Of a DNA stretch of 64,000 bases, positions 32,007 through 41,955 are shown in pieces. The stretch is taken from positions 559-64,558 of the forward strand of contig JASFOJ010000002.1 of the NCBI GenBank assembly GCA_050116575.1. The letters run 5' to 3'. The stretch is from Gammaproteobacteria bacterium. GTDB taxonomy: Bacteria > Pseudomonadota > Gammaproteobacteria > SZUA-152. Made by a program: the position numbers and the translations under genes. How positions within the stretch are numbered: the stretch's first letter is position 1; the number at the start of each line of letters is the position of its first letter. The notes under the pieces were generated by a model. The model was not told the DNA's origin. It was given only the letters and a program-made list of their open reading frames with translations, and did not search any database.

Positions 32007-33239
32007 TTATTCGTAAGGGGATTCAGATGCGATCTTGTGGATACTGAGGTCGGCGCCGCGATGCTCGTCCTCCTGGCTAAGGCGTATCCCCACAATGGCT
32101 TTGATGGTGCCATAGACGATCAACCCGCCAACCAGCGCAATAACAATCCCCATCAAAGTCCCCACCAATTGTGACAGGAAACTGATTTTCACCGCAATGT
32201 CTCCATCGACGACCACATTACCGAGCCCGCCTAACGCCGAGGTGCCAAAGATGCCGCAGGCGATCCCACCCCAGGCACCACACAATCCATGCAGCGGCCA
32301 AACACCTAGCACATCATCGATCTTCCATTTGTTTTGCGTCAGCGTGAAGGTCCAGACAAACAACGCCCCGGCAACGCCACCGGTGATCAACGCGCCCACG
32401 GGGTGCATAACATCAGAGCCGGCGCAAATGGCAACCAGGCCGGCCAGTGGCCCGTTGTGCACAAAACCCGGGTCGTTTTTGCCCACGACCAAAGCGGCCA
32501 ATACGCCACCGACCATGGCCATCAGGGAATTGATTGCGACCAGCCCACTCACCGCTTCCACGGTCTGTGCCGACATCACGTTAAACCCGAACCATCCCAC
32601 CGTCAGTATCCACGCACCCAGCGCCAGAAAAGGAATATTGGACGGCGGATGCGACGACATGGGCGAACCGTCCTTACTGTAACGGCCCATACGGGCACCC
32701 AGCAGTAACACGGCTCCCAGCGCCAACCAGCCCCCCATGGCATGCACTACCACGGAACCGGCAAAGTCATGGAACTCCGCGCCAAACGTACGAGTCATCC
32801 AGCCCTGAACACCGAAATTACCATTCCAGGTAATGCCTTCAAAGAACGGATATATCAGCGCGACAATAACGAAACTGGCCAGCAACTGAGGATAAAACTT
32901 GGCGCGCTCGGCGATACCACCGGAGATAATGGCGGGTATGGCAGCCGCGAACGTCAGCAGAAAGAAAAATTTCACCAGTTCATAACCGTTCGCTTTGTTC
33001 AATACCGACGCCGCGTCCATGAAGTCCGTGCCATAGGCCACCACATAGCCGGCAAAAAAATACGCAATGGATGAAATGGAAAAGTCGGAAATAATTTTTA
33101 CCAACGCGTTGACCTGGTTTTTTTTCCTGACTGTTCCCACTTCCAGAAAGGCAAAACCGGAATGCATGGCCAACACCATAATGGCTCCCATCAAAATAAA
33201 AAGTACGTCACTCCCGGATTGTAGAGCTTCCATGATCAC
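32007..33239 (-). CDS. amt: Ammonium transporter (Amt family)
   Basis: The 410-aa product has 11 TM helices and Amt signature regions (DFAGSVVVHAMGGWLALGAVLLLGAR). Confidence 0.9.
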   Translation of the reverse strand: MIMEALQSGSDVLFILMGAIMVLAMHSGFAFLEVGTVRKKNQVNALVKIISDFSISSIAYFFAGYVVAYGTDFMDAASVLNKANGYELVKFFFLLTFAAAIPAIISGGIAERAKFYPQLLASFVIVALIYPFFEGITWNGNFGVQGWMTRTFGAEFHDFAGSVVVHAMGGWLALGAVLLLGARMGRYSKDGSPMSSHPPSNIPFLALGAWILTVGWFGFNVMSAQTVEAVSGLVAINSLMAMVGGVLAALVVGKNDPGFVHNGPLAGLVAICAGSDVMHPVGALITGGVAGALFVWTFTLTQNKWKIDDVLGVWPLHGLCGAWGGIACGIFGTSALGGLGNVVVDGDIAVKISFLSQLVGTLMGIVIALVGGLIVYGTIKAIVGIRLSQEDEHRGADLSIHKIASESPYE

Positions 33240-33497
33240 TCCAAATTGTTGTTTAAAATTTTAGCTGGATGAAAAATAAAAACGGGTGTTTGAGATTTTC
33301 GTTATTAATTGATTATTGATTCGGGGCTATTTATAACACAGGAGTGATTATAGCGGCCAGTGTGATGAACCGGGACGGTGCAGGCAAATCACTGTGTTCA
33401 CCGACATTTGCACCAACTTGGTTCACGCCGCGTAACAAGTTGCATTGATTCATTATACTGACGCAACGTTACCGTGAATGCACCATGTTAGTGCGCA

Positions 33498-34826
33498 TCA
33501 ATGGGCGATTTTGGGCCAATATTTGTTAAGATCGAACGAGGGACTGTGTTTTTGCACGTGACATTGACCGCACATCCTGGCTTTGGGCCAGTCTTTATTA
33601 GCGACCGGCTGTTTACCACCGGACGAAACATGTTGCCGGGCAGCACCGTGACAGTTTTCACACTGCACATTCATTAGATTGGGTGTCAGGCTGATGTCGA
33701 TAAATCCACCCTGCCGATTAAATCCCACCGTGTGGCATTGGATACATTCCGGATCAAAAGACTTCTGCACGATCTCCAGATCTTCAAACGCTTTAGCATG
33801 CTCGCTATCCTGCCACACTTTATATTGTTTGGCGTGACATTGCTGACACTGCTCTTCGCCGGCGAATGGACTGTCGCCGGATTGATGTTGTTTCTTTATC
33901 GCGACGCGCTTTTCATAGTTCTCTTTTACCTCGGCATTGTAATCGGCATACCAGTCTTTCATGCGAGGGGCATCGGGCACGGACTGGGGCATCGATATGA
34001 TATCGTGGCGCCAGCTTTTAATGTTGTTGCTGTCATCGAGGGTTAACTGAAGCTTGCCCAGCCGCATGCCCCGCGATCCGGGTTGCAGCACCAGGGTATG
34101 ACCTTTTTGTTCCGGCTCACTATAGACTTCATAGCCCGCCCTGACGAACAGGATATCAACACTATCCAGTGGCATTTGGTCCTTGATAATCGCCAGTGGT
34201 AACGTCGTGGTCAGCACGGTTAATACTCCCTGCTTATTAGTCGCCGCCAGGGATTTGGTGAGCTCATCAATATCATCATAAACCTGTGGTTTCCCCCCCG
34301 GCATCTGCCGCGCCGGCGAACTATCGGGATCGAGCCAGGTAAAAAAACGCAGAGCAATTTGCCGGCCGTTAATCGTCCGGGTAATCGTTCTGGATTTGGA
34401 AAATTTGTCATTCACCCAGTTTGTCGCCACCCAGGGCAGATCGTATTTTGCCGCAACTTCGGCGCCATAACTGAGGTCCGTCCACTGCACACCGATGGCG
34501 TCATAGTTCAAACGGCTGAATGCTTTGAAAATGTAACGTGATTTCAAATGATCATTGACACCCTGACTGGCAATCAAACCGCCGGCAGAAATAACGACAG
34601 TTTGCGGATTTTGCTTCCTTTGACGATCGAGTACCGTCGTACGCCGTTTAATACCGCCCAGGTCCCCTTCATCGGAGCAGCCGCAGGGTTCCAGTTCACC
34701 GTCCAGGTTACCGGAATAGATAACGGTCAATTCAGTTTGCTTAGCCACGGCGAGCGGCGCGGCTTGAAACATCAACAGGGCTATGAACACATACAAACCT
34801 GGGGTGAAATTATGCGATGGTTTCAT
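33498..34826 (-). CDS. Periplasmic protein with an unknown N-terminal domain fused to a C-terminal tetraheme c-type cytochrome
   Basis: It has a signal peptide. Four CxxCH motifs lie in the last ~130 aa (CQQCH, CIQCH, CENCH, CGQCH). The N-terminal ~300 aa has a conserved-looking SGNLDGELEPCGCSDEGDLGG block with no family I can name. Confidence 0.7.
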   Translation of the reverse strand: MKPSHNFTPGLYVFIALLMFQAAPLAVAKQTELTVIYSGNLDGELEPCGCSDEGDLGGIKRRTTVLDRQRKQNPQTVVISAGGLIASQGVNDHLKSRYIFKAFSRLNYDAIGVQWTDLSYGAEVAAKYDLPWVATNWVNDKFSKSRTITRTINGRQIALRFFTWLDPDSSPARQMPGGKPQVYDDIDELTKSLAATNKQGVLTVLTTTLPLAIIKDQMPLDSVDILFVRAGYEVYSEPEQKGHTLVLQPGSRGMRLGKLQLTLDDSNNIKSWRHDIISMPQSVPDAPRMKDWYADYNAEVKENYEKRVAIKKQHQSGDSPFAGEEQCQQCHAKQYKVWQDSEHAKAFEDLEIVQKSFDPECIQCHTVGFNRQGGFIDISLTPNLMNVQCENCHGAARQHVSSGGKQPVANKDWPKARMCGQCHVQKHSPSFDLNKYWPKIAH

Positions 34827-35158
34827 GATCTTTTGATTAATGCTGACAGGATTATTAGTAGTGCTGATTAGTCTTACTGTTCGCTGTTAAACACGGCTTT
34901 AGTATTTATTGCAAAAATCCAGCGGTGCAAAGCAATTAACAATTGACAAACCTGCTGGTCAACCCGAACCCGCCTTGCTATTCGGTTGCCTTTATATCCG
35001 GGTATAAAGACTTTGATATGTGGTTGCCTGATTTGTTCTATCAATTCATTGACTCAATAATCAACGGACGGAGGTTTTGCGATTCAAGCGATAAAGCCGC
35101 CGGCATCAGAATAGCTTTTATCGACAACAGCTACGCCCTGGCGCCTTTGTCTGACATG

Positions 35159-35926
35159 TCATTTAAAAGTCTTGCCTGCTTTGCGATACCAGTAGCGGGC
35201 GCTCTGCAAATCCTTTGCCATCCCATACAAGCCTTCGGCATAGGCCTTAGCCAATGCCTCGGCCGCGGGGCGGTAGCCACGATTGGCCGCGCGCCTGACC
35301 CACTCCATCCCACGGTCCTGGTCACGCTTGGTGCCTCTACCAGCCAGCGTCATCAACCCCAGCGTTAGCTGTGCTTTTCGCTGACCCTGCTCAGCTGCCT
35401 TGGTCAGCCACTTTACCGCCTGCTGATCGCTTTGTTGCACGCCATCACCATCCAGGTACATCAGCGCGATATTTTCCTGGCCCTTGGCATCCCCTTGTTC
35501 GGCGGCTGCCTTGAGCCACTTGGCCGCTTCCCGGGTATCCTTGCGCACACCGAGCCCAAACCGATACATGATGCCCAGACTGTTTTGTGCGCGAACGTGG
35601 CCCTGCTGCGCCGCCTCGCGATACCAATGAATGGCCTGTGCGTCGTTTTGTTGTACCCCCAGTCCATGCCGGTACATAACGCCCAATTTACGCTGAGCTT
35701 CGGGATTTCCCTGTTTCGCCAACGGGCCCAGATAGTGCCATGCCTGGGCGTAATCGCGTTGTTGATACGCCGCCAGTCCTTTTTGTAGATTGTCATGATC
35801 ATCGGCGGCAGCCGCTGCTGCCGGCAAACACAGAACCAACAGCAATAAAAACCCGGCCCCTACCGGAAACCGGCACAGTTGATTCACTTGCAATGGATTT
35901 TCAAGCATTAACATGACAGTCAACAT
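35159..35926 (-). CDS. Sel1-repeat (TPR-like) protein, secreted
   Basis: It has six or more Sel1 repeats (AQxxLGxMYxxGxGVxxD pattern) and an N-terminal signal/TM helix. Confidence 0.8.
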   Translation of the reverse strand: MLTVMLMLENPLQVNQLCRFPVGAGFLLLLVLCLPAAAAAADDHDNLQKGLAAYQQRDYAQAWHYLGPLAKQGNPEAQRKLGVMYRHGLGVQQNDAQAIHWYREAAQQGHVRAQNSLGIMYRFGLGVRKDTREAAKWLKAAAEQGDAKGQENIALMYLDGDGVQQSDQQAVKWLTKAAEQGQRKAQLTLGLMTLAGRGTKRDQDRGMEWVRRAANRGYRPAAEALAKAYAEGLYGMAKDLQSARYWYRKAGKTFK

Positions 35927-36166
35927 CGCTCGGCTTTGGCATGTTACAAATCGTCAAGTTCAGGAAGCGACCCGCGGCGAGCGGTGGCTCTGAACCCGGC
36001 ATTCGGTATATTTGAGTATATTAAGGGTATGCTACGTCAATTGGGGCAGTCAGTCGACCAGACGGGGACAATAAAGTATTGTACTGACAAAATAGCTCTA
36101 TCAAGCACGGGGCACATCGTGCATGACGGCACGATTATAGGACAATTTTTATTCGATCCGGAATCG

Positions 36167-36631
36167 TTACGACGCCTGGCGGGGTGCGCAAATCACGCTA
36201 ATGATCTGATCTTCCAGTTCGATGCGGTCAGCCAACTCTTCTCCCAGATTGGACAGATCGTTCGCCAGTTCGGACAAATTATCGCAATGATCTTCGCAAT
36301 CATATTTATCGTTAAAGTCCAGGAACGCCTGGGTGGTTTCCGAAATACGATCGTACACTTTTTCCGCCACTTCCCGTACGGCGACACGCCGTTCCTTGTT
36401 TTCATCAATGTAGCGATACAGTTGAAAATGCGCCGAAGCAGTATAGTCGATCAGGCTTTCGCAAAAGCTTTGCAGCAGCACCTGCGTATCGTGGTCGGGA
36501 TTGAAAGGTTGTTTGGAGGCAAGTTCACTGAGCAATGCAAGTGTACCGGTTCTTGATTCAACCAACGCACTGATCTCGCGATGGGATTGTGCACGGCGTT
36601 CAACGACTGGCGCTTCGGTTTCTGACTGCAT
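36167..36631 (-). CDS. rsd: Rsd/AlgQ-family regulator of sigma-70 (anti-sigma factor)
   Basis: It aligns to E. coli Rsd blocks (FCESLIDYTASAHFQLYRYI ~ FCQSLVDYLSAGHFSIYERI; ELEDQII ~ LEDKLIL). The start is set at ATG 36631 after an AAAGAGG RBS. The ORF track's longer form to 36706 is unlikely. Confidence 0.7.
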   Translation of the reverse strand: MQSETEAPVVERRAQSHREISALVESRTGTLALLSELASKQPFNPDHDTQVLLQSFCESLIDYTASAHFQLYRYIDENKERRVAVREVAEKVYDRISETTQAFLDFNDKYDCEDHCDNLSELANDLSNLGEELADRIELEDQIISVICAPRQAS

Positions 36632-37261
36632 GGCGACCTCTTTCATTTTAATATTAAGGTTCCGATGTAGGCGTACCCCATGCATGTATCGACGTATCGA
36701 GCACACAATGGGACAAAATATGATTTTTAATTAAGTTTTTAGCAGTTTTGTTATTTCAACTTTAAGTGACAACAACCAAACGACTAAACCACTAACCACA
36801 TTCGCTGTTCAATCCGGTTTCACTATGCAATGTGCAATATTTTTATTCGGTATTATTTTGCTTCGCGATTTGTTAACTCGAATTGTTACATCATATTTTC
36901 GGGTGGGTTTGCAGTGTATTAACACATACCACATATGCATGATACGCAACACACATTAAATACACATCAACATCCCTATCAACGCCTTACAGCTTAACAT
37001 TAAAAGAACCAGTACCCGCTTATTGTTTCGTCTGGTACCGACTTGCCGTTACAACTGGTATCCACCCTGCTTACTGCTTGTATTGTTTGGACCTATAACT
37101 CGGACCTGTTGCTTGTTCCGATTATGCTATTTGAACCTGTGCGTCTGATCGGAAAGTTGCACCTACAAGCTTCTACGCGCGATAACAGGTAATATCCCTA
37201 ACCATTTTTCCCGAGCATGTTTATTTTGCAAAACTCTACCCCGCAGGTAAAGTGCAACCTG

Positions 37262-37627
37262 CTACATTTTTAACAATACTCGAATTTTTTCGATGAGTCG
37301 AGGAAAATCAACTGGCTTGGTATCGTATTCTTCGCAGCCGGCTTCCAGCGCTTTTTCACGATCCCCGGACATCGCGTGAGCCGTTAACGCGATGATTGGG
37401 ATATCTTTTATATCTTCCTTGGCTTTTATCTGACGTGTTGCCTCCCATCCATCCATAACCGGTAAACTCATATCCATCAAAATGAGGTCGGGGCGTTCCG
37501 AATCAGCCAGTTCCACCGCCGCTTGTCCGTCCAGCGCAAATACCACATCGAATCCTTTACGCTGTAAGCGGCGCGATAACATATCGCGGTTCATCTCGTT
37601 ATCTTCAACTAGCAATAATTTCGGCAT
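37262..37627 (-). CDS. Single-domain response regulator (CheY-like receiver)
   Basis: It has LLVEDNEMNRD, phospho-acceptor context DLILMDMSLP and K-site ALTAHAMSGD. Confidence 0.85.
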   Translation of the reverse strand: MPKLLLVEDNEMNRDMLSRRLQRKGFDVVFALDGQAAVELADSERPDLILMDMSLPVMDGWEATRQIKAKEDIKDIPIIALTAHAMSGDREKALEAGCEEYDTKPVDFPRLIEKIRVLLKM

Positions 37628-37711
37628 GCTAACACTCCATGAGCGTTTTTTACTGGGCTACCATCTTCGGCTTAATCACCAAACAAGCCTATTTGGAAGT
37701 TTGAATCGTGC

Positions 37712-38887
37712 TCACTCCGAATCCTGCGAATCCTGATAGTACTCCCGAATTCTTTGGAACTCGTTTTCCGTAGCCAGGAATGCGTCAATGACCGCCGGAT
37801 CAAAATGGCTACCCGCGTTTTCCTGCAATATGGTACGGCTGCGTTCGTGGCTGAATGCTTCTTTATAACAACGTTTGGATGTCAGTGCGTCATAGACATC
37901 ACCCAACGCCAGTATTCTGGCCACCAGCGGTATTTCGTTACCTTTTAGGCCGTAGGGATAACCGGAACCATCCCATTTTTCATGATGACTTTCTGCAATA
38001 TCTATGCCCATACGAATCAATGAATTACCGGGGTGCTGACGGTCTACTTCCCGTAACGTTTCAGCGCCGATAATGGGATGCGACTTCATGACTCGCCATT
38101 CTTCAACTGTCAACTTGCCCGGCTTGAGCAGTACGCTGTCGACAATACCCACCTTGCCTATATCATGCAGCGGACTGGCTGCATAAATATTATCAACAAA
38201 TTCCTGGTCAATGATAGATTGATATTGCGACAACCGGCCGAGATATTCCGAAATTACTTTGCAGTATTCTCGCATCCGCTCCAGATGTTCGCCGGTTTCA
38301 GGATCCCGGGACTCAGCCAGTTTGGACATGGCGAAGATCGCTCCCAGTTGGGCGGAGGTAATTTGCTGCACCTGCTGCTGAACTCTGTCTTTGAGCTCGT
38401 TGTTATATTCTTCAATCTGGCTACGGTAATTGCGCTCCTGGTCATGCAGCCGTTTACGCTCCAGACAGGTACTCACTCGGGCTTTTAGCAATACCGGATC
38501 AAAGGGTTTAGTCAGATAGTCTTCAGCCCCCAGTTGTATACAGCGGGCAGCGCTGGAAGTGTCATCAAGGGCAGTTATCATAATAACCGGGATCATATAT
38601 AAATCGTTATGCGACTTGATCTCCTGCAGGGTCTCAAAGCCATCCTTGATGGGCATCATAATATCCAGCAATACCAGATCGAATGATTGTTGATTCATCA
38701 CATCCAGCGCCTCGGCACCATCGCGCGCAACAACCACCTGGTATCCCAGTGGTTCCAACCGCCGGACGAGCATATCCCTGTTCATTTCGTTGTCATCGAC
38801 AACCAGCACCGCCGCTGACGGTTCAACATTCATATCGACTGCCCGTGGATTCGCTACAACGTTCATAGGTGATGCATCCTGGCCCAT
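37712..38887 (-). CDS. Response regulator with receiver + HD-GYP domain (c-di-GMP phosphodiesterase, RpfG-like)
   Basis: The N-terminal REC is VLVVDDNEMNRD...DLVLLDIMMP. The HD-GYP signatures are HDIGKVGI and HHEKWDGSGYPYGLKG. The true start may be an internal Met near 38833. Confidence 0.85.
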   Translation of the reverse strand: MGQDASPMNVVANPRAVDMNVEPSAAVLVVDDNEMNRDMLVRRLEPLGYQVVVARDGAEALDVMNQQSFDLVLLDIMMPIKDGFETLQEIKSHNDLYMIPVIMITALDDTSSAARCIQLGAEDYLTKPFDPVLLKARVSTCLERKRLHDQERNYRSQIEEYNNELKDRVQQQVQQITSAQLGAIFAMSKLAESRDPETGEHLERMREYCKVISEYLGRLSQYQSIIDQEFVDNIYAASPLHDIGKVGIVDSVLLKPGKLTVEEWRVMKSHPIIGAETLREVDRQHPGNSLIRMGIDIAESHHEKWDGSGYPYGLKGNEIPLVARILALGDVYDALTSKRCYKEAFSHERSRTILQENAGSHFDPAVIDAFLATENEFQRIREYYQDSQDSE

Positions 38888-38999
38888 TGGTTACAACTGA
38901 GCATTTTTTATCGGTGACTGAGATTCAACGTCCATATAGCCGGCGATGAACAGCTATATCGATGTAAGCGATAACCATAAAACACTCACCGCTCGCTAC

Positions 39000-41354
39000 T
39001 TATTCAGATGTTGTATCGTCCGTACCAGCCACATATTGAGCATGAGGCCTCGTTATTTGCTGATTTTCGCCCAGTATATCGCGAACTGCCGTTAACACCT
39101 GGTCAATACTGTAAGCTCCTTTCTGGATAATGAAGGAAACACGCTTTTCGAGGCGATAACTTTCATTTTCATCGAGTTCCATTGCCGTTAACGCGATAAC
39201 CGGTATTCCCCGCCAGCGCTCGTTGAGCTCCAGTTCGTTCAGAAATTCATGGCCATTCATATTGGGCATCAACAAATCCAGCAGGATAACGGAGGGAATG
39301 CGTTCGGCAACACGCATAAGCCCGAGGTAACCGTTTTCCGCTTCGATAACCGCATACCCGTCGTTTTCCAGCACCAACCGCGCCAATTTTCTTGCATCGG
39401 CGTCGTCATCTACAACCAGAATAGTATCCTGGCCCGCCTTGCGCACGCATTGGTTAATGGTTACGACAAGTTTCTCCCAATCAATGGGTTTGGTCAAATA
39501 TGCCGTGGCCCCCAGCGAATAGGCGGTATTTTTCTCGTCAATCATCGTCAGCATAATGACCGGAATATGCACCAGTCCCGGCTGGCTTTTAACATAAGTT
39601 AGTACCTGCCAACCACTCATATCGGTCAACATCACATCCAGCAGAATAACATCGGGTAGCAGCTCATTAATCTTTTTAATACCCTCTTCACCCCCCGTCG
39701 CACAAACAACCTGGTAGCCGTTTTTTGCCAAGTGGCGCTGCTGCAGATCACAGGCCATGGGATCGTCATCAATAATCACAATGGTACTGGTTTTGGTGCG
39801 CCGGTCATATTCCAATTCCCTGATACCCGCTTGCTGGGTGCGGACTTTGCTATACGAGCCACGCGGTTTTTGCGGCACCTGCTCCGACGTATCCGTTGAT
39901 TCCGGCTCCTTGATCACGACGGGCAGAGAGAGGGTAAATACCGAACCTTTCCCTAAATCACTCTCAACGGATATTTCCCCACCCATTAACCGGCAAAATT
40001 TCTGGCTGATCGTCAAACCCAGACCGGTACCACCATAGCGACGGGTCGTCGACATATCCGCCTGTGAAAATGCATTGAACAGGGTCTCCATTTGACTATC
40101 GGATAAACCGATCCCCGTATCGGTTACCACAAACTTGACCCATTCCTCCCCGTCCAGCATTTCCCGGTGGACGTGCAGCTTTATTTTGCCACCTTTGGTA
40201 AACTTGACGGCGTTGCTTAGCAGATTAAGCAACGACTGCCGCAGTTTCATAATATCGACCTTAATGGTGCCGACACCTTCCGGGCAATCAACTTCAATGT
40301 CGTCATCATTCTTGCCCGCCATCGGCTTGACGATACTAACCACCTCCTCCACCAACAAATGAACCTTTACATCCTCCAGGTACAATTGCATGCGGCCGGC
40401 TTCTATTTTGGATAAATCCAGTACGTCATTAATCAGCGCCAGGAGATTTTTACCGGCCGCGTAAATCTTGTTCAAATCATTATTGAGATGAGGATGGTCG
40501 ATGTTAGCTGATTCCTCCCGTAACATTTCACTGTAGCCAATAATGGCGTTAAGAGGCGTCCTCAACTCATGACTCATATTGGCCAGAAACTGGCTTTTTG
40601 CCTTGTTGGCCGACTCGGCCTGCAACTTCTCCTTGAGGGCATTTTGGGCGGCTTCGTGCTCCAGGCGCAATTGCTCGTCGCGCAGGCTTAACCGTGAAAA
40701 CAACTGGTTCACCGCCTGCCAAACCTGTCTGATTTCCATGGCCATTTTCTTTTTTGGATACGGGACGCTGGTGGATTTATTGAGATCCACCGACTCCAGA
40801 TAATGCGCAAGCACATGTAACGGGTTCAGCAACGTGGATATTTTGCGCTGCACAATAAGAATCAACAGCACCACCGCCACCAACGCCATAAACAGGCGTT
40901 TTTCAGCGTCGTCTATTAAATGATGATATAACTCGCTGTTGTACTCCAAGTGAACCTTGCCAAGCAAACCGGAAGTCGCCGAATCGAATATCGGCGTATC
41001 TGCCACAAAAGGTTCGTACTCAAGCTTAATGGGGTTTGAACGTTCTATAACTTCGCCGGACACCAGTGCCACTTTGATACTGACAACCAGCGGGCGTTTC
41101 AATTTGGAGTCTTTTAACAACACCAGGTGGTTTAAGATTTCCTCCACCTGCCCCAGATCATTGTTATTAATGGACTGCTCAATAAGTCTCGTATAAGGTG
41201 TCACCAGCAGGTCAGCCTTGGTTTGCTCACCGCCCTTGATAACCGGCACCATCATGAACACCCAGTGCGTAGATATTGCGACCATCACGAACAACATGAT
41301 CCCTACCAGGAACAGCGTCACTTTATTGGTTATTCGGCCAAAAAACTTACTCAT
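39000..41354 (-). CDS. Hybrid sensor histidine kinase (TM sensor-HisKA-HATPase-REC-REC)
   Basis: It has an H-box MSHELRTPLNAIIGYSEML and a G-box GGTGLGLTIS. The two receiver domains are VIIDDDPMAC...ILLDVMLTDMSG and LVVDDDADAR...ILLDLLMPNMNG. It has no Hpt domain. Confidence 0.9.
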   Translation of the reverse strand: MSKFFGRITNKVTLFLVGIMLFVMVAISTHWVFMMVPVIKGGEQTKADLLVTPYTRLIEQSINNNDLGQVEEILNHLVLLKDSKLKRPLVVSIKVALVSGEVIERSNPIKLEYEPFVADTPIFDSATSGLLGKVHLEYNSELYHHLIDDAEKRLFMALVAVVLLILIVQRKISTLLNPLHVLAHYLESVDLNKSTSVPYPKKKMAMEIRQVWQAVNQLFSRLSLRDEQLRLEHEAAQNALKEKLQAESANKAKSQFLANMSHELRTPLNAIIGYSEMLREESANIDHPHLNNDLNKIYAAGKNLLALINDVLDLSKIEAGRMQLYLEDVKVHLLVEEVVSIVKPMAGKNDDDIEVDCPEGVGTIKVDIMKLRQSLLNLLSNAVKFTKGGKIKLHVHREMLDGEEWVKFVVTDTGIGLSDSQMETLFNAFSQADMSTTRRYGGTGLGLTISQKFCRLMGGEISVESDLGKGSVFTLSLPVVIKEPESTDTSEQVPQKPRGSYSKVRTQQAGIRELEYDRRTKTSTIVIIDDDPMACDLQQRHLAKNGYQVVCATGGEEGIKKINELLPDVILLDVMLTDMSGWQVLTYVKSQPGLVHIPVIMLTMIDEKNTAYSLGATAYLTKPIDWEKLVVTINQCVRKAGQDTILVVDDDADARKLARLVLENDGYAVIEAENGYLGLMRVAERIPSVILLDLLMPNMNGHEFLNELELNERWRGIPVIALTAMELDENESYRLEKRVSFIIQKGAYSIDQVLTAVRDILGENQQITRPHAQYVAGTDDTTSE

Positions 41355-41955
41355 AATGCTTCGACATTTCCAATAGCAGGGGGTTAATTTTAATCCCGGA
41401 AGCCTTTAGTGTGTTGTTGTTAAAGTAAGGAAACACCCGGCTTGTAATTGCCAACCCGACGGTTGCCCCTCTTTCCACATCACCGGAATATGGCGAAAAT
41501 ACGATAATACCCTTATTGATTCCGTAACCGACCAGTTCCTTGAAATCGGCTTCACCCAAAGGCTCGGCAACAAATATCGCCGTTGGTGTAACAGCCGTGT
41601 CCTTCAATTGCTCCTCAAGGGGTAAAGGAACAGATTCCACCTTAATGTTAACAATATTGGAATTATTTTCTTTAACGATAGCCGCCAACTCCGTTGCACG
41701 GCTTTTATTACGATCATAGATGAAGACAAGGCGCACCCTGTTATCGGCCGTTAACTTGGCGTGGAAATTGGCGTCCACGGCGACGATTCGGGGAAACAAC
41801 GGCAGTGAAATTTTCACCCGCCGTTCCGTCGCCTCAGTAGCAAAACAGCTGGAAATGACGCAACTGGCCATCAACACCAGGGCAACCCATACAGGCGCAG
41901 CATAGCAAACGGAATAACGAATATGTGGCGGCGTCGTCATGATCAGGCAGGTCAA
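41347..41955 (-). CDS. YfiR-like periplasmic protein (DUF4154)
   Basis: The 202-aa secreted protein overlaps the kinase start by 8 nt and the receptor stop by 4 nt. Its size and position match DUF4154 proteins that accompany sensor kinases. The family call is tentative. Confidence 0.45.
   Translation of the reverse strand: MTCLIMTTPPHIRYSVCYAAPVWVALVLMASCVISSCFATEATERRVKISLPLFPRIVAVDANFHAKLTADNRVRLVFIYDRNKSRATELAAIVKENNSNIVNIKVESVPLPLEEQLKDTAVTPTAIFVAEPLGEADFKELVGYGINKGIIVFSPYSGDVERGATVGLAITSRVFPYFNNNTLKASGIKINPLLLEMSKHYE

Noticed and set aside
33240-33497. Sigma-54 (GG-N10-GC) promoter upstream of amt
   Set aside because: I could not find a convincing TGGCAC-N5-TTGCW match on the minus strand, so no call is made.
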